Of a stretch of 64,000 bases of DNA, positions 20,501-27,641 are shown piece by piece; position 1 is the stretch's first letter; every line of letters starts with the position of its first letter. Position numbers and translations under genes: made by a program. Below the pieces are notes generated by a model. The model was not told the DNA's origin and searched no databases. It was given only the letters and a program-made list of their open reading frames with translations. This DNA is from Endomicrobiales bacterium (lineage in GTDB: Bacteria > Elusimicrobiota > Endomicrobiia > Endomicrobiales > JALOBY01), in assembly GCA_963796955.1 (NCBI GenBank), contig CAWCNJ010000008.1:320001-384000 (forward strand), in the 5' to 3' direction.

Positions 20501-20780
20501 GATCTACAAAGTTGACATAAACAACGGATCCATTTATTGGAGTTTCCAGACTCGAGGCCCGGTGCGCACCATGCCTTTGTGCACCGGCGATGCGGTATAC
20601 TTCGGCTCTGATGACGGCAACTTTTACGGATTGGATATGAACGGGAATCTACTGCCGAAATTCCCGATAAGCACGGGCGCCGAGATCCGTACCAACGCCA
20701 TTTATGACAACAGGACCGGCCATGCGAACCACATATATTTCGGATCGAACAACGGAAAGATCTACTGCATAGAACCGTAG
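13692..20780 (+). CDS. Giant repetitive surface protein, segment 3 (true frame entered at ~13764): FN3-like repeats, second Trp-rich propeller, 2 lamin-tail (LTD) domains, C-terminal PQQ/BamB-type beta-propeller
   Basis: LTD signatures VYINEV...WVELYN...VSLSGWTL and VFINEI...FVELYS; PQQ-like repeats GSDGFVHALD..GNAKWQF, FGCDDGRIYKVD..NGSIYWSF, FGSDDGNFYGLD; TAG at 20778-20780. Confidence 0.9.
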   Translation: MRTTNSRHQRRPTSASLPPRSPLRESATSMALPSRVYFWHVRAIDNARNQSAYSTAFSLTVDSIAPNTPVLLQPLAASATNYEPIGFSWSPSADALSGLSAYVLQLATSTDFALIAFSSVTVATNASLSPVQSSYTWRVIAYDQAGNVAVSTQSFSVVFDTTPPAAVALLTSPSNPTVSGNTLVPFSWTAALDDTAGIANYTIELSTAPDFSRIAISSVTAATAATITVVESSYSWRVRSTDRAGNTNTGSPVYSLVIDTDAPSIVINEGAPLWTNSGRPYDVDFFDYLSGVNVASYTARTAPGLGGAQLIAWTTVFLNLNAQAYTTDWPVNFSLLAPGTNYISVRAADMLGNTSSYTDAFKILKDTIAPANITNLAGFTGTNAGEINLSWTAPADDALTDPGNRQVSAYIIKYSAVNFTDINNFLTSGTTAYSSLSAHTVSYSETTTITTLSEGSTFYIGIIAVDKAGNYSAGVSTSVAASKRVPPGAVTTLTAVTGGLPGEIDISWLAPADNGYTGAPAAGYLIKFSTTQINSEATFISATTSTLSGTFTPASPGSPELRTIQGLITSATYYIALKAYDAAGNYSLLSTTASAAAAPSGPAEGMAAFGEGSNAAPQFASWTGSSWNASQDALSGAPNTRYLRLKSCNVLRDQKIMGALTYDGTTAPDGDLYVQVWNGQLGSWINPTTGISGSAYRMNANQGTLYSAYRGFDIAYEQLSGRALIVYSDGVSGQVSYRVWSSTQNAWSTGVKTLTMSGATGDAYWIKTKSRPGTDDILLGVLTSNSNVFTAVWHGTGEFLSVSTRTCSTTASIATKEAFDVDWEAQDGRGMIVWGQGAVTPWNRYDLWSSSNSAWLSGSAIPTGYTGPITGATVNWLSIAADPNSNRIALSSEDSANDWNVTVWSGSAWATSTELTANDSSITSRCGDIAWEKSSGYAMVCGVQASSGTFNWSRYNGTSWTTLSGASVDTYKWSDILGYIELYPDPNTNNIVLLGLDRAGTLRTRTWNGTAWTGGSVLSTLVSGWTVGTIAAYQPAELALDLQDSIAPTIANNQTGDTAWRNASGLYRVSFTDSGGSHLSQVRTSVYTGPASGQRGNQLKDYSNGGPDISGINSDTYNTNWPLTQNTWSLLQNGTNYISIMVYDNAANQTELLDAFYVLKDTIAPVITNNESQTPVWENTGRPYNISFADQANLSKLDTVQYTAYSAPAQGGTQIMPWTSIANVNNTVSLSALNLNYNLLSANTNYISIRAWDIAGTTTAVIDAFILLKDTQPPANTTTLAAVQGPYRGTIDVSWIAPGDDGTTVFNGNGLYDLRVASYPISSQPLFDSATVYALLKPVAQPGAIESLTVTGLSVGTTYYFALRTRDKVPNYSAISNTAGAFPRGESVYINEVFAAGNGSWVELYNNLASSVSLSGWTLQYNGGTIDAPATYNTVWTAVAGSSIPVGGIYVISGLNLSGSNSYHVRLLDNNAAPRIVDIVQWPVLPAGSSFARITDGNPALLEIDPTPTPGLLNYSTSTAVFINEIDYASNAQFVELYSTSASVITMSSYTIRNMNRNPFTFTRKIYPSAFTVIDNSSVDTYARTWATCMGGALSSSCDNITLENASGQVQDRVVWCNGTPSYYNYKAALVPYDTPANANLSAPRTIGRVQDGVSSGNNAADLTSFTSNSYGMRNYNPTPATANTFTYPATGGVLPRTFKMTFALGANSSAGANNTVVFTRTGGSPDQHSPHIYRMLDAGVNTGITSSQNVVQTGVSFNDQDGASLVDGAVYTIALLTSNAAGAAPAVTHTSVTYDATVHLAQLSDNTPVRGNVGCVTPVMKLTLTNRSAAGANAIKFSSMTVAFTQADGVTPLSGAQEAALFSSISVFADNITNGTQGTYQRDIDTDEWGKLTSLNTSSGRQTIVAENPGAAISSVAPNSSKTYFVTVTLTANANVNGSYRALLAPATDVAWLDAATDVPQVSSGTTVLTVVSSATVPAQAPAGSSYPSAISTPGIQLNSFMSVGLTGTAPASMDDASVMAAGSDGFVHALDADGNAKWQFNAGSPITATYETSYLGDEGNDTNGNPLRYLYVATQGGQLYKIQDNDSSMSNVWGGAQELGSPVTSEIAEYGMDVTHVFLGTADGKIHKINTDGSAVPGWSMASGISGSPLGVPAIDEFSSGVNALWFGTGNGQIYRINNVDGSITSSSATATAIRTSPYIFAGFGDTSRNSHNIYFGDDDGNFKCRTSSNLKTKPAQWNDVHVSSPVRGSPVYALDNQSMIFGCDDGRIYKVDINNGSIYWSFQTRGPVRTMPLCTGDAVYFGSDDGNFYGLDMNGNLLPKFPISTGAEIRTNAIYDNRTGHANHIYFGSNNGKIYCIEP

Positions 20781-20795
20781 GGATAGGAGCGGCTT

Positions 20796-23339
20796 ATGAA
20801 GCGTTATGTACTCACTATACTTATTTTATGCGCTCCAATAATTGCCTGGAGCGCCAGCTGGCCTATGTTCCGCGGCACGCCGCAGCGCACCGGCGCCGCG
20901 CGTGAACAGGCAGAGCCGACGCTGACCCCGTTGTGGCAGTTCCAGACACAGACCAACATAGTTTCTTCGCCCGTCGTCTATAAGGGCAGCGTTTACTTTG
21001 GAACGCGTGACAATTCTATCTGGTCCCTGAACGCGCGTACGGGAGCCCAGGAATGGAATTTTTCGACCGGAGGCTGGGTGGACGCAACGCCCTGCGTCAG
21101 TTCCGATACGGTTTACTGCCCCAGCCGCGATCAGAACCTCTATGCCATAAACCGCCTCACCGGCGAACTGAAATGGAAAACACCGACCGGTTCAACAGAC
21201 GTCTCATCGCCGTTGCTTGACGGCAACAAATTATATTTTGTCAGCGGATCGCCGGCCTCCGCTCTTTACGAGATCAACGCATTGAACGGTAATATCATAC
21301 GGAGCTATCCGTTGGGCAGCTTCGGGTTTTCTTCGCCTGCGATCAGCAATGGGGTACTGTACTTCGGCACGAACGACGGGACACTGCACGCCCTGGATAT
21401 TTCGTCGGGGGCCATGAAATGGGAGCTATCAACGAAAAGCAACATCGGCTTCGGCTGCATGGTCGTTAACGCTGCGGCCGTCTATGCCATAGCGGGAGGG
21501 GACGAGCAAACCTTGTTCGCGATCAATCCCCAGACGGGCGCGATCCTGTGGCAGTCCGTCCAGCTGGACACTGAAACCGCCGTGGTCTCTTCCATAGCCG
21601 CGACCGATGACGCCGTTTACGCCATCTGTTCTAAAACTCTTACCATCGACGGCAACCCGCCGGTGAGCGATTGCCGTCTCATCCTGTATTCTTTCCCGTT
21701 GACCGGCGCGACCCCGCAATCGGCGCGCTGGAGCGCGGACGTCGGCGCGGCTAACCAGATAGGTATCGTCGCCTCGCCCTGCATAGCAGGGGACATAATT
21801 TACACAGCCTCGGGTGACGGTACGCTCTACGCCCTGCAGGCCTCGAACGGCAATTATATCTCGCCCTGGACAGGTCTGCCGCAATCAGTTTCCACGGGCA
21901 CCTATTTAAGCTATTCGGGTATCGATACCTCCACGGGCATAGTCGCATCCCCGACGGTATCTAACGGCGTAGTTTATGTGAACACGTATGACGGTTCAGT
22001 GTGGGCCCTGCAGGCCGGCAACGCCGCCGCTCTATCCTCACCCGACAATGCGGATACCGTAACGAACCAAACATTTATTTACGGCACCGCGCTCAACAGA
22101 ACGTTGACCGGCTATACTATCGATTATGCACCGGGAACTAACCCGGCCCCATCGCAATGGGCCACCATAACAACGGCCACCAGCCCGGTGAACAATGCTG
22201 CCTTAGGTGCATGGAATACACGGAGCCTGGCTGATGGAACGTACACCATACGTCTGACGGTAAACAACAATTCACTGGCGCCGGCGGCAAACACCTTCGT
22301 TATAGATAACTCACCAAAAGAACCCGAACATATCAAGGCGGCAGACACACCCCTTGACGGCGGAGGATCTCTTACGATAACCTGGGGCCTTTCGGCCGAC
22401 GACGGGGCCGGCAATAACGACGTGCGCTCCTATCAGCTCTACAAAAGCACCTGGTCGGGCGGTTTCGCTCCGCTCGTAAAACTTAACGCGGGCGTAACGA
22501 CCTACATAGACACCAATTGTCCGGTATACACGACATACTATTACATCGTCACCGCGCTGGACAACTCAAGTGAATCCGGATCTTTGGGTACAGCATCGGC
22601 ATTCTCGATCGCGGACGGTGTGATGATAGATCCGAACCTCGGTTATAATGTGCCTTTAACGATCAATGGGCTGACGACCTATCTGGTGATCGAGCCTCAC
22701 ACGTTCTCAAACACCGTGTATGCAGGCATCAGCGTTCCCGAAAGCGTGACGGCCACCGGGGTGGGAAGATCTCACGCGACAGCGATCGAAAGAGAATTCA
22801 GCGTGAGCCCCGCTAACACGAAATTCCTTAAACCGGTCACTATAAAGGTGCCATACACTCCGTCGGATGCTGCCGGCATAAACAGGGAGAATCTCCGCCT
22901 CTACTGGTGGGACGCCGCGAGTAACGAATGGCGCGTTATCAATACCTCAGACCCTTCCAGCGAAGATGGGAGCGTTTGGGCCGTGATACCGAATTTTTAT
23001 ACCAATGGCCGGCTCACGTGCCGCATAATGGGCTATGTGCCGGGTTCCGAAGAACTGTTGCAGGAGGACAAGGTCTACACCTATCCAAACCCCGCCAAAG
23101 GCGAGAAACTCTCATTTAAATATTATCTCGGCAGCAAAGCCGACATAAAGATCGACGTATATAACGTCGCGGGCCAGCCGATAGCGCACCTGGAAAAAGA
23201 CAACAACCCCGCCGGCATAGCATCAGAGCTGGAGTGGAACATGAACGATATCGCCAGCGGTGTCTACATCTGGCGAATAGAAGCAAGATCAGACAGCGAG
23301 ACAAAAGCTATCAAGAAAAAACTGGCTATCATCCATTAA
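20796..23339 (+). CDS. Secreted PQQ/BamB-type beta-propeller protein with Ig/FN3, ZU5-like region and T9SS type A-like C-terminal sorting domain
   Basis: RBS AGGAG; Sec signal MKRYVLTILILCAPIIAWSA; WPMFRG..QRTG and repeated SSP...VYFGT.D..L.ALN..TG..W motifs; C-terminus KVYTYPNP...IDVYNVAGQ...WN...IASGVYIWRI...KKKLAIIH. Confidence 0.85.
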   Translation: MKRYVLTILILCAPIIAWSASWPMFRGTPQRTGAAREQAEPTLTPLWQFQTQTNIVSSPVVYKGSVYFGTRDNSIWSLNARTGAQEWNFSTGGWVDATPCVSSDTVYCPSRDQNLYAINRLTGELKWKTPTGSTDVSSPLLDGNKLYFVSGSPASALYEINALNGNIIRSYPLGSFGFSSPAISNGVLYFGTNDGTLHALDISSGAMKWELSTKSNIGFGCMVVNAAAVYAIAGGDEQTLFAINPQTGAILWQSVQLDTETAVVSSIAATDDAVYAICSKTLTIDGNPPVSDCRLILYSFPLTGATPQSARWSADVGAANQIGIVASPCIAGDIIYTASGDGTLYALQASNGNYISPWTGLPQSVSTGTYLSYSGIDTSTGIVASPTVSNGVVYVNTYDGSVWALQAGNAAALSSPDNADTVTNQTFIYGTALNRTLTGYTIDYAPGTNPAPSQWATITTATSPVNNAALGAWNTRSLADGTYTIRLTVNNNSLAPAANTFVIDNSPKEPEHIKAADTPLDGGGSLTITWGLSADDGAGNNDVRSYQLYKSTWSGGFAPLVKLNAGVTTYIDTNCPVYTTYYYIVTALDNSSESGSLGTASAFSIADGVMIDPNLGYNVPLTINGLTTYLVIEPHTFSNTVYAGISVPESVTATGVGRSHATAIEREFSVSPANTKFLKPVTIKVPYTPSDAAGINRENLRLYWWDAASNEWRVINTSDPSSEDGSVWAVIPNFYTNGRLTCRIMGYVPGSEELLQEDKVYTYPNPAKGEKLSFKYYLGSKADIKIDVYNVAGQPIAHLEKDNNPAGIASELEWNMNDIASGVYIWRIEARSDSETKAIKKKLAIIH

Positions 23340-23351
23340 TCGAGGCCTCGC

Positions 23352-24872
23352 ATGAAACATTTTACGCTGTTTTTCTTAACATTGACATTGATCTCAACCC
23401 CGGCTTTTTCTGTTGAGATACACCCCAAAGCCGGCACTACCGCCGCTACTTTCTTAACGCTCGGGGCGGGAAGCAGGGCTGCCGCCATGGGCGGTGCCTT
23501 CGCGGGATTGGCCGACGACGTGACTGCGCTTTACTGGAACCCGGCCGGTCTTGCGCGTCTGGCGAATACGGAAGTCCATCTGACGCACAATGAACAGTTC
23601 GAAGGTATCAGGCAGGATTTTGCCGGCTACGCGACGCCGTTCGGCAAGGGTGTTATCGGCGGTGCGCTGTACGGTCTTTACACGCCGGTAGACATTGAAC
23701 GGCGTTCCGGCAACAGCGAGAACGATCCGTTCATGCCGCTCTCCAATTCTGAAGGGTTATTCGGCGCTTACGACACAGCCGCCCAGCTCTCTTACGCGCG
23801 TGTCATTAACGGACGTCTTTCAGCCGGGGCGAGCCTGCTGGCCATTTCGCAGACTATTGACAATTACACCGCCTACGGCGCAGCCATGGATCTTGGCCTG
23901 CAGTACGGATTGAAGGACAAGCCGGTAAGCCTGGGACTCGCCCTGCAGCATATCGGCACGCCGATAAAATTTATTTCGAAAAGCTACGACCTGCCCTTTA
24001 ACGTTAAGGCCGGCGGCGCCTGGTTCCCGAAACCAAATTTGAAGGTGACCTGTGACTTGAACCAACCGATAGACAACTGGCTTTCCGCCTCACTAGGCTC
24101 GGAATACTGTCCCAATAGATACCTTGCCCTCCGGGCGGGATACAATTATCTTTTGTACGGCCAGCCGCTTGGTGATGCCGCCGGCATCGCGGCCGGCGTC
24201 GGTTTTATCATACCGTGGCAAAAATACATAATAACGGTCGATTATGCCTTTCAACCCTACGGCGTGCTTGGCAACTCGAACCGTATTTCCGTCGGCATAG
24301 AATTTCCCGGCCGCGCGCCCGTGCGCCCGGCGCCGATATCCGCGCCGTCTAACACAACCGCGCCGGTAAAGGTTTCTACAACCTCCGCTGTTACCATTCA
24401 GGCGCCACCGCTTCCCTCGATCTCTCCGATCTCGCAGGCCGGCGCCACAGGTGCGGATTTCACCGTTCATGCAACTTCGACGACAGTAGAGCTTCGGCAG
24501 ATAGCCGGAAGGACCGTTATTTACTCGATCAAAGCTGAAGCAGCAACGGGTGACATCCGCCGTCTTACCGCAATGGCACGCTCTCAGGCTCTGCTGAGAG
24601 AGGTATCGATCAAGTTTTCCCAGGAACGAACGTCTTCCGACGGTAAAGCCGGAACGTACCGGCGCTATATGATCGAAAAGAATTGCCCCGCGCAGTTCTC
24701 TAACATCACTATTGAAATGAGCCTGCCGGTATCCCTGCACGAGCCTTTCATCAGGTCAAAGGAAGCCGGCTCGCCCATACTGCCGCGCGTGATCTCCAAA
24801 GAAAATGATTCGGCTACGTACCAATTCACCTTGCCGTCGTTAGAGCCGTTCTCAGTGGAGACCCATGAGTGA
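23352..24872 (+). CDS. PorV/PorQ-family outer-membrane beta-barrel with Pro-rich linker and extra C-terminal domain
   Basis: Signal peptide; hallmark FLTLGAGSRAAAMGGAF.GLADD.TALYWNPAGL; ALRAGY; DYAFQPYGVLGNSNRISVGIEF closes the barrel, then ~190 further residues. Confidence 0.85.
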   Translation: MKHFTLFFLTLTLISTPAFSVEIHPKAGTTAATFLTLGAGSRAAAMGGAFAGLADDVTALYWNPAGLARLANTEVHLTHNEQFEGIRQDFAGYATPFGKGVIGGALYGLYTPVDIERRSGNSENDPFMPLSNSEGLFGAYDTAAQLSYARVINGRLSAGASLLAISQTIDNYTAYGAAMDLGLQYGLKDKPVSLGLALQHIGTPIKFISKSYDLPFNVKAGGAWFPKPNLKVTCDLNQPIDNWLSASLGSEYCPNRYLALRAGYNYLLYGQPLGDAAGIAAGVGFIIPWQKYIITVDYAFQPYGVLGNSNRISVGIEFPGRAPVRPAPISAPSNTTAPVKVSTTSAVTIQAPPLPSISPISQAGATGADFTVHATSTTVELRQIAGRTVIYSIKAEAATGDIRRLTAMARSQALLREVSIKFSQERTSSDGKAGTYRRYMIEKNCPAQFSNITIEMSLPVSLHEPFIRSKEAGSPILPRVISKENDSATYQFTLPSLEPFSVETHE

Positions 24873-25755
24873 TCTGATCACCGCAGTCCTTCCCAGAACA
24901 CTGCTGATCCACCGGCAGTACGGCGAGCTCGCGAAAGCCTTCACCTCGGCGCGCATACCTTTCATGCTCCTGAAGGGCGTAGCCTTTATCGAATGTTTTC
25001 CGGATCTTATGCGCAGCCGGAACATGGAAGATATGGATATTATGGTGCCGCCCGCAAAATACGAGTCGGCGCGAAAAGTGCTTGCGAACCTCGGCTATTG
25101 GCCTGCCCCGCAGGATCCCGCCGCTCACATACATATAAGCCAGCCTGTCGCGGTAGATTTTTGCGACAACCTCTGGTACCTGGACCAGGCCGAGAACGAG
25201 GCATTATGGTCTTCCGGCTCGACCCCCTTGGGCGACGGAAGCAGGGTATTAAATCCCGTAGATTTTTATGTGCATATCTTCGCGCATGGAGCGATACATC
25301 ATGCGAACGCAAGTTCCAGATGGAAGCAGGACCTTGCCGTGCTCAACGACCGCTGGCATGTGGCGGGTCTGCCGGCGCTGACTGAGCGGCTGAGGATGCT
25401 TGGGTGGGAAGAACTGCATGATTTTCTGTTGAAAGGCAGAACACCGCACAAATTTCACACCCGGATAATGCTGCGTTTATCGGCCCCGAAAGCCGGGCAC
25501 ATCGCGCGGGTTCTTATGCTGAGGCGGAAAATGCTTGGGAAGTTTTTACTGGAGATATTTTTTCCCGACTCTCATTTTATCAGAGGAAGGTATGATGCTC
25601 AAACAGATGCTCAGGTACTGCTGTGGAAAGCTATGCGGCCTTTCTTACTGCTGAAGGACGTTTTAATAACTGCCTACCGACATGTTTTTCCTGGCGCCGT
25701 TAAAGCATCTGCCGAACACATACCAACCGCACCCGAAAAGAACGACCGCCCATAA
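24865..25755 (+). CDS. Nucleotidyltransferase family protein (NTP_transf_5-like)
   Basis: IPFMLLKG...R.MEDMDIMV motif of Pol-beta-superfamily nucleotidyltransferases; H..IH..W..D downstream; start overlaps the stop of the porV-like gene. Confidence 0.75.
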   Translation: MSDLITAVLPRTLLIHRQYGELAKAFTSARIPFMLLKGVAFIECFPDLMRSRNMEDMDIMVPPAKYESARKVLANLGYWPAPQDPAAHIHISQPVAVDFCDNLWYLDQAENEALWSSGSTPLGDGSRVLNPVDFYVHIFAHGAIHHANASSRWKQDLAVLNDRWHVAGLPALTERLRMLGWEELHDFLLKGRTPHKFHTRIMLRLSAPKAGHIARVLMLRRKMLGKFLLEIFFPDSHFIRGRYDAQTDAQVLLWKAMRPFLLLKDVLITAYRHVFPGAVKASAEHIPTAPEKNDRP

Positions 25756-26445
25756 GCATTGCGAAACCACTGAAACGGCCGGCGGGAATGACCCATCGAA
25801 CATTATCATGCGCCAGCTGTTAAGCGCCGCCGTTGTCGGCAATTGCGCTGCGATCGATGCGAAAGGCTTCGGCAATGCTCCTACCGGGAAATAGACGCCG
25901 CTTGCCAGGTCCACCAGTATCCCCAGCAGCCAGCCCGCAGGGTCGCCCCTTTTGTAAAGCATAATAAAACCAGCCGAGACCAAACCAATACCCGTGAACA
26001 TAGCGGCATGTACCAAAGCCAGAGGTATTACTAAAACCGCGAACCGGTTCAGCTGCACCCCGAACACTAAAACACCGACCAGCGCCATCACCGCGAATTC
26101 GCCGCAGGCAAGCAATAATTTAGAAGCGACACCTGAGATCACTATCGCGGCGGGTTCCACCGGAGAAAGGAAGAGATTTTCCGCGGTGCCCCAATACTGC
26201 TCGTTACGCACCAGTTCTGAACCGGCGCCCACGCAGATGGCGAAAAATCTGCTGAAAATAAGACCGGCAAAAACAAAGGGGAAATAACCCGCGGAAAACA
26301 GTATCGTGCCGCTGGGAATAAGAGCCCCGACAAAATAAAAGATCGTCATGTAAAACAGCGAGTTCAAAATTTTGACCGCAAGATTGAAGCGGTAACGCAG
26401 TTCCATCGCTATATCACGCAGAAAAAAGGCGCGCACGCTATTCAT
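25663..26445 (-). CDS. ABC-2 type transporter permease
   Basis: ~6 hydrophobic segments; EQYWGTAENLFLSP and SGVYFPVGALP motifs of ABC-2 permeases; start overlaps the ATPase stop. Confidence 0.85.
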   Translation of the reverse strand: MNSVRAFFLRDIAMELRYRFNLAVKILNSLFYMTIFYFVGALIPSGTILFSAGYFPFVFAGLIFSRFFAICVGAGSELVRNEQYWGTAENLFLSPVEPAAIVISGVASKLLLACGEFAVMALVGVLVFGVQLNRFAVLVIPLALVHAAMFTGIGLVSAGFIMLYKRGDPAGWLLGILVDLASGVYFPVGALPKPFASIAAQLPTTAALNSWRMIMFDGSFPPAVSVVSQCLWAVVLFGCGWYVFGRCFNGARKNMSVGSY

Positions 26446-27067
26446 TGCGTTTTACCTGCCCGTTGTCCATCCGGTATGTTACGGCGCCGAGCCTTTCCTG
26501 GTCAAGCGGGTCGTGGCTTACCGCCAGACAGCTGCAACCGCGCGCGGTCTCTTCACGCAAAAAGGCGCACACAGATTCGCGTGATGTTTCATCCAGACTG
26601 GCGCTGAATTCATCGATAATATAGGTGCGGGGTGTTGCAAGAGCGGCGCGTACGAAGGCCGCTTTTCGCTTTATACCGCTGGAGCAATGGGAGAGCGGTT
26701 CATTAAGCCACGGTGAAATACCGAAACGCCCGCACAAAGCAATGATACGTTCCTTAAGAGCGACCTCGGTGATGCGCCGCATCCTGCCGGGAAAAAACAG
26801 ATTATCCTTTAACGACAAAGCCTCATAGAAACCGCCTTCACCGCTGCCTATAAAAGAAATATCCTTGCGCGCGCCGTCAACTTTTCCTTTATCCGGCAGC
26901 GCCAACGTAGAAACAATTTTTAACAGGGTCGTTTTGCCGCACCCGTTCGGTCCGATGAGACAGGCTATCGTACCATCCGGTACAAAAATAGACGCGCCCG
27001 TAAGGACTTTTTTAGTGCCTCCGGGTACCGAAAAGGATTTATAGATCTCATGTGCTGAAATGCTCAT
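26438..27067 (-). CDS. ABC transporter ATP-binding protein
   Basis: Walker A GPNGCGKTT, variant signature CSSGIKRK, Walker B YIIDE, H-loop SHD. Confidence 0.9.
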   Translation of the reverse strand: MSISAHEIYKSFSVPGGTKKVLTGASIFVPDGTIACLIGPNGCGKTTLLKIVSTLALPDKGKVDGARKDISFIGSGEGGFYEALSLKDNLFFPGRMRRITEVALKERIIALCGRFGISPWLNEPLSHCSSGIKRKAAFVRAALATPRTYIIDEFSASLDETSRESVCAFLREETARGCSCLAVSHDPLDQERLGAVTYRMDNGQVKRNE

Positions 27068-27075
27068 TAATGAAA

Positions 27076-27105
27076 ATTGTACCTAATTATTTCTAATTTT
27101 GCCAA
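27076..27105 (-). promoter_or_regulatory. Putative sigma70 promoter of the ABC operon (near-leaderless)
   Basis: Minus strand TTGGCA-N18-TACAAT, ending 8 nt before the ATG at 27067; no Shine-Dalgarno. Confidence 0.5.
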
Positions 27106-27142
27106 CTATTGTATGTCAGGAAGCAAAATTATGCGAAAAGCA

Positions 27143-27171
27143 TTGACTGTTCAATTTTATTTTATTAAACT
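27143..27171 (+). promoter_or_regulatory. Putative sigma70 promoter of the polysaccharide operon
   Basis: TTGACT-N17-TAAACT in an AT-rich divergent intergenic region; GAGGA RBS before ATG 27209. Confidence 0.6.
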
Positions 27172-27208
27172 TTGAATGTAAATTACTCATACTAAAAGTG
27201 AGGATGAG

Positions 27209-27640
27209 ATGCCAAAAATCAGCCCCCAAGTCTTTACGGATCCTATCATCCTCATTGCCGTGTTCATCTCGATAGCCGCGATCGGTATAATCGTGTGGGC
27301 TGCCATGAACTGGAAAAAGCTCACCATGAGCCATTCGGAAGCGGATGAGCTTGCTGCCTACGAAGACGACGCGAACGAACCCCAGCAGCCGACCGCCCGC
27401 AACATGGAATCAGCCGGCGTTTTTGAAGCCCAGCTGCAAGAAATAACCTGCCAATTGACCAACATAGGCACACGCCTTGAAACAATGGAAAAAGCACCGC
27501 AGACAGCTGCCGACCCGGAAAGAACAATGAGCTTTACGGTTCCGCCGGATATTGAACTGAAGCTGCGCAATATCGAGACAAAACTGGACGGCATCCACAA
27601 GCTTTTAATAATCCTGACCGACAGCGGGGATTCAAAATAG
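27209..27640 (+). CDS. Hypothetical single-pass membrane protein with coiled-coil segments
   Basis: N-terminal TM helix IILIAVFISIAAIGIIVWAAM; heptad-like LQEITCQLTNIGTRLETME and IELKLRNIETKLDGI; RBS present. Confidence 0.7.
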   Translation: MPKISPQVFTDPIILIAVFISIAAIGIIVWAAMNWKKLTMSHSEADELAAYEDDANEPQQPTARNMESAGVFEAQLQEITCQLTNIGTRLETMEKAPQTAADPERTMSFTVPPDIELKLRNIETKLDGIHKLLIILTDSGDSK

Positions 27641-27641
27641 C

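Noticed and set aside
2..20780. CRISPR array, DNA tandem repeats or diversity-generating retroelement in the repetitive gene
   Set aside because: Repeats are conserved at protein level only; no identical spaced DNA repeats, template/variable repeat pair, cas gene or reverse transcriptase was seen.
19740..22020. PQQ-dependent dehydrogenase activity for the propeller domains
   Set aside because: Only generic BamB/PQQ-like blade repeats are seen, within surface-protein architectures; no recognisable quinoprotein catalytic features or pqq genes.
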